Origin: Octopus sinensis
Taxonomy: Eukaryota
Assembly: GCF_006345805.1 (NCBI RefSeq)
Contig: NC_043025.1
Span: forward strand, 16,120,001-16,184,000
Direction of reading: 5' to 3'
DNA: 64,000 nucleotides
Position numbers and translations under genes: made by a program. The notes below the pieces were generated by a model. The model had not been told where the DNA came from. It saw only the letters and a list, made by a program, of their open reading frames with translations, and searched no databases. This document shows positions 25,118 to 36,524 of the stretch, in pieces. Every line of letters begins with the position of its first letter. Position 1 is the first letter of the stretch.

Positions 25118-25655
25118 ATACGATACAAATAAGAAAATGGAGAAACAATTTAGTTGGTTCATCAACTTTCGGATATTATAATGTTGAATTATTTATTCAT
25201 TTAACAAAATGAGAACCTCAATAGCATACATATATACCTTATAATTTAATCCCTATAAGATAAGAATACAAATTATAAAAATCATAATATAAATTATTGA
25301 AATCATTAAACTCACATCTTACAGCTGTTTCAGCCTATGGTTAAAAGTATTTAAAAAAAAATTTTATTGCCTATAGTTGTCAATTATATTGAGGTTGTAG
25401 GCATTTAAATATAGGGTACTTTTTTATTTAACCATAGGCCTCGTCAGAGATTATAAAGAACTCCCAAAATATTAATACGTGAAACAGGATACACGTATAA
25501 TTAAATATATATAAAAATATGAACAAATATCCATATAGAATTATACATATACATATATACACATATACATACATAAGCAGAGTGTATATACTTTTATAAA
25601 TGTAAAAGTACATAAATAAACACAATTAAACAATAGGTCCAAGTAAATAGACCAT
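25118..25655 (-). mobile_element. AT-rich Penelope-like (pLTR-type) non-coding element carrying a hammerhead
   Basis: Shares its terminus (tacaaataagaaaatggag) with 27187 and 30650; contains HHR 25316-25451; abuts (TA)n. Confidence 0.65.
25316..25451 (-). ncRNA. Type I hammerhead ribozyme with 109-nt stem II domain
   Basis: ATCT-CTGACGA-GGCCTATGGTTAAA...TTTAACCATAGGCT-GAAAC-AGCT-GTA-AGAT; 14-bp stem II, palindromic stem III ACAGCTGT, intact core; predicted cut between 25320 and 25319. Confidence 0.85.
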
Positions 25656-25657
25656 TC

Positions 25658-26655
25658 GTCATCATCATCATCATCATCGTCGTTTAGCGTCCGTTTTCCA
25701 TGCTAGCATGGGTTGGACGGTTCTACTGGGGTCTGTGAAGCCAGAAGGCTTCATCAGGCCCAGTCAAATCTGGCAGTGTTTCTACGGCTGGATGCCCTTC
25801 CTAACGCCAACCACTCCGTGAGTGTAGTGGGTGCTTTTTACGTGCCACCGCACAGGTGCCAGACAGAGCTGGCAAACGACCACGAACGGATGGTGCTTTT
25901 TATGTGCCACCGGCACAAGGGCCAGGCGAGGCTGGCAACGGACACAAAACGGGGCGGTGCTGGCAACGGTCGCGCGAAATGGAAGGTTCTCTTACATGAC
26001 CACCGGCACTGGTAACACATCTGCAATTTCCATTGATCGATTTCCATTCTGATCCTCACTTGCCTCAATGGGTCTTCACAAGTAGAGTTTTGACATGCCA
26101 CCGGCACTGGTAACACATCTGCAATTTCCATTGATCGATTTCGATTCTGATCCTCACTTGCCTCAACAGGTCTTCACAAGTAGAGTTTTGTCCCAAGAAG
26201 GGAAGGTATGCATACGTAGGCTGGCTCCATCCCAGTAGAAGGCCACGGGTTATGGACACACGTCCTGCCGGGTCTCTCGCGCACAACACACTTCCAGAGG
26301 ACTCGGTCTCTAGTCATTTCCTCAGTGAGACCTAAAGTTCGAATGTCGTGCTTCACCACCTCGTCCCAGGTTTTCCTGGTCTGCCTCTTCCACAGGTTCC
26401 CTCAACCGCTAGGGTGTGGCACTTTTCACACAACTATCTTCATCCATTCTCGCCACATGACCATACCAGCGCAATCGTCTCTCTTGCACACCACAACTGA
26501 TGCTTCTTAGGTCAGCTTTTCTCTCAAGGTACTTACACTCTGTCGATTATGAACACTGACATTACACATCCATCGGAACATACTGGCTTCATTTCTTGCG
26601 AGCTTACACATATCCTCAGCAGTCACGGCCCATGTTTCACTGCCATGTAGCATGT
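25658..26655 (-). mobile_element. RTE LINE 3' kb (same superfamily as 22853)
   Basis: Reverse complement of RT end (LRWYGHV, RKTWDEVVKHD) and 3' UTR; internal tandem duplication near 26000-26190. Confidence 0.85.
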
Positions 26656-26773
26656 CATATACATATATATATATATATATATACATATATTATATATATA
26701 CGGGAACGAGAAGATTTGCATCCCCAACCAAGAATTTCGGAAGTAACACATGTCCTTGTGAAGCTGTTGTGGC

Positions 26774-26850
26774 GCGGCTGAAGAAGGCCACAGACATACA
26801 TTATGATTTGTTATGAATCTGTCTAATAAAGGCCCGAAAATATGTACCGC
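26774..26850 (+). ncRNA. Type I hammerhead motif, one base missing in stem III
   Basis: GCGG-CTGAAGA-AGGCC-acagacata...tatgaatctgt...-GGCCC-GAAA-ATAT-GTA-CCGC; stem I 4 bp, stem II with extension, C15.2 apparently deleted. Confidence 0.65.
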
Positions 26851-26892
26851 TGAATCCTTCGCCTCATGTTTTTATTTATTTTTATTTGATCA

Positions 26893-26936
<44 letters not shown>

Positions 26937-27153
26937 ATATAGTATATATAGGTATATATAATATACTCGAACACATAAACACGTCTATGCTCATGACTAC
27001 ATAAACAATTGTTAATATTATTATATCATATTTATCAATAATAACAATATTATTAATTTATAGAAATCTTCACTTGACAATACATATATAATAGATTCTA
27101 ATATATCAAATATTACGATACAAGATAAACAATCCACAATCCATACCAACATA

Positions 27154-27192
<39 letters not shown>

Positions 27193-27373
27193 CAAAATAA
27201 GAAAATGGAGGAATAGATTCCTTTCAATCATCAACTTCCAGATAATACCAATTCATATAATTTATTAACTAATTAATTAAATAGGAACATCCAAATCCAA
27301 CAGAATAAGACAGAATAAAACAATATACATCAATAAGTAAGATAATACCATAAAAATAATACATATAAAATTG

Positions 27374-27500
27374 ATCTTACAGCTGTTTCAGCCTGTAGAT
27401 AAAGGTATCTCATTGTGCCTATATTAGTCAGATGTATTGAGGTAATATGCAGTTAAAAATGAGTTACTTATATATATATATCTCAAGGCCTGTCAGAGAT
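27374..27500 (-). ncRNA. Hammerhead motif with catalytic G8 deleted (predicted inactive)
   Basis: Minus strand reads ATCT-CTGACA-GGCC instead of CTGACGA-GGCC; remainder matches 27708-27832. Confidence 0.7.
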
Positions 27501-27707
27501 TATAAAGTACAATTATGAAAATATAATATAATGACATTGTATTGCATTATTTTATTTTATTGAATTAATGTACTGACTTCTCCCATATGCATCTGTCTAT
27601 ATATTATGTTATACTATATTGTATATGTAATATGCAATATAATATATTATATTATATTATGTTGTGTTACATATCTTCATTTTATATCTTCATAATTGTA
27701 CTTTATA

Positions 27708-27832
27708 ATCTCTGACGAGGCCTTGAGATATATATATATAAGTGACTCATTTTTAACTGCATATTACCTCAATACATCTGACAAATATAGGCACAATGAG
27801 ATACCTTATACAGGCTGAAACAGCTGTAAGAT
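27708..27832 (+). ncRNA. Type I hammerhead ribozyme with 98-nt stem II domain
   Basis: ATCT-CTGACGA-GGCCT...AGGCT-GAAAC-AGCT-GTA-AGAT; predicted cut after 27828. Confidence 0.8.
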
Positions 27833-28274
27833 CCATTTTATATGTATTATTTTTATGGTATTATCTTACTTATTGATGTATATTTTTTATTCTGTCTTAT
27901 TCTGTTGGATTTGGATGTTCCTATTTAATTAATTAGTTAATAATTATATGAATTGTATTATTGGATTATTTTTTCTTATTTTGTATTATGAATTTGAGGT
28001 AAAACATTTTACCTTCGCCCATCTAATACAATAAATGAACTAACTGCATTGCAATTGTAAGCATTTATGTATTAGCCTTTTGGGTACCTTACTGCAGTAT
28101 ATTGGATAAATGATATCCCATAGTGGGTTACACTCATAACCCCTATCTCACTTTGTACTATATATATATATATATATAATATATATATATATATATACAC
28201 ATACATACGTATACAAATACATAAAAAACATACAGTTAGACTATGGCTTTTAGTATAGAGTTCTTCTTAATACA

Positions 28275-28822
28275 TCATCATCATCATTGTTCGATCGTGG
28301 TCGAGACATGGAATTTACTATGTTACGCCAGACCTCACGGTCCATCATAGCATTACGGAGGTCCTGTTGCTGGATGCCGTATCCCTGGGATTACATCAGG
28401 GTAGGAGAGTGTGCGCCCTCTGGTATTGCGACCGTGGTCGAGACAATGGAATTTACCATGCTACGCCAGACCTCACGGTCCATCATAGCATTACGGAGGT
28501 CCTGTTGCTGGATGCCTGTATCCCTGGAGATTACATCAGGGTAGGAGAGTGTGCGCCCTCTGGTATTGCGAGTAGATGGCTTCCAGAGGAGAAGAGTAGA
28601 AATTACCTCATTTTCAGCTCTACAACAATGTCCAGCAAACTGGACTCTCCTACCTTTCACAAGAGATGACACAGGTAGTAGTTTCCCATATATTTGCATT
28701 TTGGTTGGATGGCGCTTCCACGAGAGATTTTGAGCTCTCATAAGTAGGTGAGTGTAGGTTCCATCCAACCGCCTCTCAAGCTTCTTTGATAACGTCCAGG
28801 TTTCTGAGCCATAGAGTAGAAT
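28275..28822 (-). mobile_element. Second RTE family 3' fragment with terminal duplication
   Basis: LLYGSETW...RRVQFAGHC...VWRSMVNSIVSTTV, (TGA)n tail; the last about 150 bp are duplicated. Confidence 0.85.
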
Positions 28823-28958
28823 ACATACAAGTTCTTGCGTAATATCAATATGAGGATTTTTTTCTTTTCCTCAAAGTTGAAGTTAAAATTATATTTGAAT
28901 TTTTATCCAATGAAGTAATATAGTATCATAGAATAATTCCACAAGAAATTTTCAAATA

Positions 28959-28989
<31 letters not shown>

Positions 28990-29471
28990 TGTATGTATGT
29001 AGGTTGAAAGAAGATTAGAGATCTATATAAATCAAATTTTTATATATAAAATAAACAAAGAGGAGTGGCTGTGTGGTAAGTAGCTTGCTAACCAACCACA
29101 TGGCTCCGGGTTCAGTCCTACTGCGTGGCATCTTGGGCAAATGTGCGTGTGTGTGTGTGATGTTGAAATTCTTCCTAGTTGTATGCGAATTTCCATGTAT
29201 TTCTGCAAGTCACTGCATGCCTGAAAGGGAATGATGAACAGACAGTTAACGAATGTTCCAAAAGACTTACGATATACAAAATTAGACTGAAATCTTATTT
29301 TTTCCGCAATATAATAGATACAATTAACTGATTAATCAACGAATGTATATATTTGGGCTACACCCTTATTATTCAGCCCCCTGTAGACTATGATATTGAA
29401 ATTACTGTATGCAAATTCCCATATATTTGTGAAGGTCATCAAATGCTTCAACAACTGTAATGTTTACTCAC

Positions 29472-29518
29472 TGAGCGAAAGAATATGTGTGAATAGATTG
29501 CTGGGATATAGCCCATGG
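29472..29518 (-). CDS. Candidate 47-nt exon with start codon (MGYIPAIYSHIFFRS), unidentified gene
   Basis: tgtgttcatccag|ccATGggc...cgctca|gtgagtaaa; open frame; no recognised homolog. Confidence 0.3.
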
Positions 29519-29687
29519 CTGGATGAACACACAAATGTTTGAATATTTGTATGGGGAAATAAAATATAGGTGGGACTCTACTGTTCAGCTTTTTGTTGAA
29601 CGACCTCAACAAAAGTATATAATTACTGTGAAACAGCTTTGTATCATTAATAAAACGGTCCACATTTTGATGACACAAGTATGCTTG

Positions 29688-29749
<62 letters not shown>

Positions 29750-29863
29750 TATATATATATATATATATACATATATATATAATACATATATATACATATA
29801 TACATATATATACATATACATATATATATATAATATTATATTATATATATATATATATATATA

Positions 29864-29894
<31 letters not shown>

Positions 29895-29922
29895 CATATA
29901 TATACATATTACATATATATAC

Positions 29923-29953
<31 letters not shown>

Positions 29954-30089
29954 ATATAATATATATATATATATATAATATATTAAGTATATATAAACTT
30001 TGATGGTTTTTAAAAAAATACTTAATAGCATTCTGTTTATCATTTATGGAGTCATGAAAATTGTTATAATGTCTTGTGTTGAGATAAGT

Positions 30090-30380
30090 TCTCTTTCTTT
30101 CCTGATGAGAAGATTACATTTTACAACACTTATTCTTTTGGAATAAAACCAATGTTGTCTTCGAAACATATGTCGAAAGTAAAAGAATTTGAATAGCATC
30201 TGCGTTCAACTCCATTTATTTACTTATACTACACAAATTACTGCACTTTAACCCGGAGTTTCTAACTTGGAATAGGTCGATACATCCTTGTTACTTGTGT
30301 GAATTTTACTACCCTGGTAACTGTTTATTGAATTTTCCATGTCAATGGTAAACAAAGGATAATTCATTCATCCATTTACA
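30090..30380 (+). mobile_element. Hammerhead-bearing non-coding element (family shared with 39068-39380)
   Basis: Tail gaatttt.ctaccc.ggta...ggataattcattca resembles the minus strand of 39068-39140. Confidence 0.6.
30097..30179 (+). ncRNA. Canonical type I hammerhead ribozyme
   Basis: CTTTC-CTGATGA-GAAGAttacatt...aatgttgTCTTC-GAAAC-ATAT-GTC-GAAAG; G10.1-C11.1, palindromic ACATATGT, GUC site after 30174; stem I extends tcttt/aaaga. Confidence 0.9.
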
Positions 30381-30582
30381 CACACACACATATATATAAT
30401 GGTATCTGCAGATAGGAAAGCCTTCTTTTTTCTACCGAGAGCTTATATGCCCCTTTATTAGACTAGTTTCCTTAGTCATTGCATGGTGATTGCCATAAGC
30501 TTTAAGCTCATATAAAAATACCATTACTATTATTTACAGCATTGTAAAAACACCACCGTATAAAAAGCCATTCACCGAAAGA

Positions 30583-30651
<69 letters not shown>

Positions 30652-31139
30652 ACAAATAAGAAAAGGAGAAGAAACACATTATTGGTTTATCAGCTTTAGG
30701 TATTAGAATGTTGTCTTATTTAATTAACAAAACTATAACCATAATAACATACATATATACTGTATAAAATTTGATACATTTAAGATGAGAATACAAATAT
30801 TTATTTAAAAAACATTAATATAAATTGTTAGAATTATTAAAATTCCTTGGGTAATATACCAACAGTATATTGGATAAGTATTATCCCTTAGTGGGTTGGA
30901 TCCACAATCCCTAACTTATTTGATATATATAGGCATGGCTGTGTGGTTAGGGTGCTTGCTTCCTAGCTACATGGTTTCGGGTTCAGTCCCACTGCGTGGC
31001 ACTTTGGGTACGTGTCTTCCACTATGGCCCCGATCCGACCGGAGCTTTGTGATTGAATTCGGTAGGTGGAAGTTACTGCCGTGTGTGTATTGTGCGTGTA
31101 GTGCTTGTGCCTCTCCGAAAGAGAGAGAGGGATTATATA

Positions 31140-31179
<40 letters not shown>

Positions 31180-32520
31180 TAAGGGTAGAAATGATATTAA
31201 TCAATTAAACCAGGGCCTAGCATATTTTTAAAAAATCAGAAGATTAAAAATTTTGTACATATATATATTTATGTATATAAATATTTATATATAATTGAGG
31301 CAATTATGTAAAGTAACTGGTACGTGCAATTTAGCAGACAGGTTGTGACGCATGTGTGGATACGAGCATAATAGAGTAAAAACATAAAAAGAGTTGAACA
31401 TAACAACGTTTAAATGCAAAGCAACTGATATGATATATATTTATATACAAGGTCAGATAAGGACATGTATTTAGACATAGACTTGAAGATAGAAATGAAT
31501 GTTGCAGGGATTTAGATCATAAAAGAAGAAAGAAAATCAGTCGTGGAATTGTCATCCGGTTTGTAATATAAGTTGGTATTTTCCTGGAACAGTTACAAGG
31601 TAAGTTCAATACACACACACACACACACATTGGTGATTACGAGGGTATACAAATAATAGAGATTAAATATAACAGTTTGGGTACGGAATAGAAAATATTC
31701 TACTCTTCCGGAATCCGGGTACGAGAAGATCATGCTTGAACAGGAAAAATATCACAATTGCCTGTGGGATTGATAATAATAGTTATTAACCACTAATAAC
31801 AGCTTCAATAATCTTAATGACGTAAATATTAATTGTACTAAAGATCCTTCTAAACCTTTAAAGAATGACCTGTTTGTAAATTGTAAATCAAACAGCCGTA
31901 ACATGTCGAAGCGTGACAATGACAATATTACAAATAATGTTAGTAAACAAGATGTGGTGAGAACCGAGAACTTGCAGCCATCAGCCAAGCCTAGGTTATA
32001 GTTAGTTAGTTAGTTAGTTAATTTGGCTCAAAAGCAAATAGCAAGGCCATGTAGGAGGAAATGGAGTTAAGTACAGGGTGGTATTCATGTAAAGAGTTCA
32101 GGCCACTTGAGGTCAAGGGAGGCTTTGAACAAAGCGGTCGTCGGCATCTTCACCATCTCGTCTGGCAGCTTGTTCCACGGATCCGCAACCCGGACGGAGA
32201 AAGCTCCTCTCCTTCGATTGAGATGAAATCGTCGCAGGTAGAGCTTTTCGGAATGACCAGATAGGTGGTGTTAATGGCACCAATGGACTATTGGGGGTAC
32301 CCTCTTTAGCCCACACGCTACCCATACACGTTGTTTACATAACCCCTACTGATGCAATCCAAGACCTGAAGGTTAATATACCTAATAATACTAATTATAG
32401 TAACCAGAATAATGCTGACATAATCCTTGATAAAAACTTTAATAGTATCCATCCCTAATGATGGTTCTATAATTCTGAATACTATGAAAGTAAAAAAACT
32501 AGTAAGGGATCTGCTTGGTT
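31180..32520 (+). mobile_element. Possible Penelope-like element 5' remnant (inverted terminal segment plus decayed Asn-rich ORF)
   Basis: 31180-31255 is the reverse complement of the (TA)n-abutting tail at 57975-58070; short open stretches FRHRLEDRNECCRDLDHKRRKKI and TNNSFNNLNDVNINC...; no RT motif seen. Confidence 0.35.
32001..32258 (-). mobile_element. CR1-type LINE 3' end with (AACT)n tail
   Basis: GHSEKLYLRRFHLNRRRGAFSVRVADPWNKLPDEMV...KWPELFT*. Confidence 0.85.
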
Positions 32521-32970
32521 TGGCTGCCAGCAATAATAATGGTAATTTCAGTTGTAGGGAAAAGGCAGCGGGCTGGCAGAAATGTTAGCAGTATTGCGTC
32601 TGTCTTTATGTTCTGAGTTCAAATTCCACCGAGGTCGAGTTTGCCTCTCACCTTTAAATTTTTATATCTGAATACACTCCTTTATATATTTTAAATAATT
32701 TTTAATTATTTACGTTAGATTTAATACTTAATATGTCTTAGTCGTTATCCTCCGGTAATTGAGGCGTATGTTCAAATAACTTCTGACTTTTTTTTATTGG
32801 CATCTCGTCTATAAATTTTACATATCTTCATTTTTACCCTAATATTATTTAAATACTTGTAGCGAACACTAGTGAACTTCCTCTTTCCTTTATTATATAT
32901 ACATACATTCGAACGTAGCAGATAACAGCTAACCTTTGGACACTGTTTGGACCCTGTTTTGACCACCACT

Positions 32971-33034
32971 CTGATTGGTTGGTATTGGCGCATTTGTCTC
33001 TTACACTAGCGTGCCAATATGCAACCTAACCAAT
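32971..33034. promoter_or_regulatory. Cluster of four CCAAT boxes, candidate promoter
   Basis: attgg at 32974 and 32984, ccaat at 33014 and 33030; minus-strand donor gtatgt at 32906-32901. Confidence 0.35.
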
Positions 33035-33335
33035 CACAGCCTCCAAATAAATCACATGAGACAGTCTGTTCTAAGCTCCAATTTTGAGCCTACCGTTAGC
33101 TATAAAAACTTAACAGCAAACATACAATCCACACAGATGCATGTAACTATATGAATAAATATTCTCCAAACCTTCTTTTTGGTTGTGTCTCTCTTTCCCA
33201 ACTGGTACTTTACATGCATTATTTCAGCCTTCTGATATGAGTCGATATAGATGGTCATACAACACACACCATGGGACCACTATCTATAAATGGTGACCCC
33301 AACATGGAACACATCACCTTGACCATCTATATACT

Positions 33336-34070
33336 CTGCATCATCATCATCATCGTTTAGCGTCTGCTTTCCATGCTAGCATGGGTTGGACGGTTCGACC
33401 GGGGATCTGGGAAGCCAGAAGGCTGCACCAGGCTCCGGTCTGGCAACGTTTCTACAGCTGGATGCCCTTCCTAACGCCAACCACTCCATGAGTGTAGTGG
33501 GTGCTTTTTACGTGCCACCTGCACTGGTGCCAGGCGAGGCTGGCATCGGCCATGGTCGGATTGGTGCATTTTACGTGCCACCTGCACGGAAGCCAGTCGA
33601 GGCGGCACTGGCTTCGGCCACGATTCGGATGGAGCTTTTTACGTATCTCCAGTCCAGGGGTCCTGGCATCTGCCGGGTGCCAGTCATAGGATTGGTTCAA
33701 TTTCGATTTCACTTGCCCCAACATGTCTTCGTAAGCAAAGGGGGTTGGCATGGGTGCCTGTCGTCGGATGAGGTTCTATATCTACTTCGCTTGCCTCAAC
33801 AGGTCTTTGTGTGTCCAAGGGAGGAAAGGCATGCATAAGTGGGCTGGGCTCACTTGTCCTGCCTGGTCTTCTCACGCACAGCATATTTCCAAAGGTCTCG
33901 GTCGCTGGTCATTTCCTCAGTGAGACCTAAAGTTCGAAGGTCGTGCTTCACCACCTCGTCCCAAGTTTTCCTGGGTCTACCTCTTCCACGGGTTCCCTCC
34001 ACTGTTAGGGATTGGCACTTTTTCACACAACTATCTTCATCCATTCTCGCCACATGACCATACTCTGCAT
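33336..34070 (-). mobile_element. RTE LINE 3' fragment
   Basis: Near-identical to 24370-25079, reversed. Confidence 0.9.
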
Positions 34071-34739
34071 TTCTTTAAATTTGAATTTTCTTATTGCTCT
34101 CATATCTTAATGCTTCTCTTTTTCATACAGTTTTAAGTACACCTTAATTATTTACCTATATTTAATTTCTTTTATTGCTATAATCTTTTCTACTCTAGGC
34201 ACAAGACCTGGAATTTTGGGGGTGGGGGCCAGTCGATTAGATCGACTCCAGTACGTAATTGGTACTTAATTTATCGATGAAAGGCAAAGTCGACCTCAGC
34301 GGGATTTGAACTCAGAACGTAAAGACAGATAAAATACTGCCAATAATTTTGCCCGGGCCTGCTAACGTTTCTACCAGCTCGCTGCCTTATCTTATTTCTA
34401 TAATATTGTAACTCTGCTAAATTGTTGTTCCTTTTATTCCCATGTAATGATTCCCACTCCTCTTTTAGCGCTTTGCCCTCATAACCCTTATTCCATTATC
34501 CTTCAAAGTCTTCCTCTGGTAATTATGGTAATTAGTAACGACTGGGTCAGAGTTCTTCTTTCTCCTTATCACCCCTCCTATATCCCCCTCTCCCCTATTA
34601 CTACCCCCTGCCTTGCTCATTTACGGAGATAAAACCTGTGTATTGGTTCCATCACAAACGACCTTGATAATTTGGTAGGTTGACCTGACCACAAATTATT
34701 TTCTTACCACTGACCACTAGACGTTAAACAATTCCTTAA

Positions 34740-35168
34740 TAGAAGCACCATCTGTTTCGTGGCCGTTTGCTTGCTCTGTCTGGCCCCCGTGTTGGTGGCA
34801 CGTAAAAGCACCAACCGTTCGTGTCCGTTGCCAGCCTCGCCTGGCCCCCGTGCTGGTGACACGTAAAAGCACCATCCGTTCGTGGCCGTTTGCCAGCTCT
34901 GTCTGGCCCCCGTGCCGGTGACACGTAAAAGCACCATCCGTTCGTGGCCGTTTGCCAGCTCTGTCTGGCACCTGTGCGGGTGGCACGTAAAAAGCACCCA
35001 CTACACTCACGGAGTGGTTGGCGTTAGGAAGGGCATCCAGCCGTAGAAAAACTGTCAGATCTGACTGGGCTTGATGAAGCCTTCTGGCTTCACAGACCCC
35101 AGTTGAACCGTCCAACCCATGCTAGCATGGAGAACGGACGCTAAATGATGATGATGATAATGATGATA
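34740..35168 (+). mobile_element. RTE LINE 3' UTR with internal about 60-bp subrepeats
   Basis: Repeated gcacgtaaaagcaccatccgttcgtggccgtttgccag units, then the standard tail. Confidence 0.85.
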
Positions 35169-35486
35169 AATCAAGACAATTGGAGCCGTGTCCTCCTCTC
35201 TTCTTAGAAGCAAAATAATTGGGTAAATATACACTATTCTGATAAATCCGTTCTGCCAACTGAAATGCTAGCAGAATCTTTGTAAATGTTTTTGCGTTTT
35301 TGGGTTTTAAACTATGTTAAATCATTTTGAATGTGTCCTTCATTTCGAAGTTCCTGAATTCACCTGACAAAAACGGCTTCTTTACAAGAATGTAATGTTT
35401 TCATTAATCAATTTAAGGAGTCTTTAGTAACGGCCGTAATGGATTAACACCTGTACCTCTTTGTTAGTCATTTATATTTTACTCAC

Positions 35487-35528
35487 CTGTCTCAGAATCT
35501 GTCTTCGTAAATATTATGGACGGAGTAT
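35487..35528 (-). other. Candidate 42-nt micro-exon (coding DTPSIIFTKTDSET, or 5' UTR)
   Basis: tgtactttatattag|atactcc...gagacag|gtgagtaaaa; joins in phase to 29518. Confidence 0.3.
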
Positions 35529-35637
35529 CTAATATAAAGTACATGTGTGAATGGCCCAAGAGCGGATTTCTTCACTCAGCTGGGTCTTATTGTCAACATA
35601 CACCGCAGGAATATCATTTGGCCGGTATTTATTTACT

Positions 35638-36105
35638 TAGGCGGCGAGCTGGCAGAAACGTTAGCACGCCGGGCGAAATGCTTAGCGGTATTTCGTCTGC
35701 GTTACGTTGTGAGTTCGAATTCCGCCGAGGTCGACTTTGCCTTTCATCCTTTCGGGGTCGATAAATAAAGTACCAGTTACGCACTGGGGTCGATGTAATC
35801 GACTTAATACCTATGTTTGTCCTTGTTTGTCCCCTCTGTGTTTAGCCCCTTGTGGGTAATAAAGAAATTGGTATTTCGTCTGCGTTACGTTGTGAGTTCG
35901 AATTCCCCTTGTGGGTAGTAAAGAAATATATATATATATATATTCAAATTCCGCCGAGGTCAACTTTGCCTTTCATCCTTTCGGGGTCGATAAATTAAGT
36001 ACCAGTTACGCACTGGGGTCGATGTAATCGACTTAATACCTATGTCTGTCCTTGTTTGTCCTCTCTGTGTTTAGCCCCCTTGTGGGTAGTAAAGAAATAG
36101 GTATT
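35638..36105 (+). mobile_element. tRNA-derived SINE, family B, two tandem partial copies
   Basis: aggcggcgagctggcagaaacgttagc...gagttcgaattccgccgaggtcgactttgcc. Confidence 0.85.
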
Positions 36106-36190
36106 TATTTACTTAGCATTATCGAATGCGATTGCACATTCCTAAATTAATGCAAACAAATCAAACGAGATTATAAGATTAACGGAACAT

Positions 36191-36234
36191 CGTTGCCACG
36201 GCAACGGTTGGACTGTTGATGTAACCATGGTGTC
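36191..36234. promoter_or_regulatory. RFX X-box motif(s)
   Basis: GTTGCCACGGCAAC (36192-36205) fits GTNRCC-N0-3-RGYAAC; weaker GTAACCATGGTGTC at 36221-36234; locally CpG-rich unique DNA. Confidence 0.5.
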
Positions 36235-36493
36235 CGGTGAGGAGCAGAGGATTTATCAGTGACCAGGTCGCAGTTTCGAATCGCGAAACACTCGACAACG
36301 TTGTTTGCAAACAATACATGTTTCGGCGAAGTTTCTGCCCCTCCTAAATGGCTTTCTCGTCTCTTCTACGCAGCAGACTCTGTTACCTAAATTGCTTTCT
36401 ATCTATGAGAATGCATTAAACTTATCTGGTGTCTGCCTAATCTCTCTCTCACCAACCCCGCCTCTTTCCGCCTCACCACCCCAAACCTTTCAC

Positions 36494-36494
<1 letters not shown>

Positions 36495-36524
<30 letters not shown>

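Larger units (their letters stand above)
27187..27988. mobile_element. 800-bp fold-back of two head-to-head hammerhead-bearing Penelope-like units
   Basis: 27187-27530 is the reverse complement of 27680-27988; each arm has the HHR. Confidence 0.8.

Noticed and set aside
29160-29290. Strong minus-strand acceptor (ccctttcag) and gtaagt donor as further exons of the candidate gene
   Set aside because: They imply a 50-nt intron or an exon without a donor, and no consistent reading frame was found.
34760-34990. Repeat-spacer-like pattern resembling a CRISPR array (also 62030-62310, 24780-24910)
   Set aside because: Units are about 60-bp subrepeats of the RTE 3' UTR without unique spacers; eukaryotic context, no cas genes.
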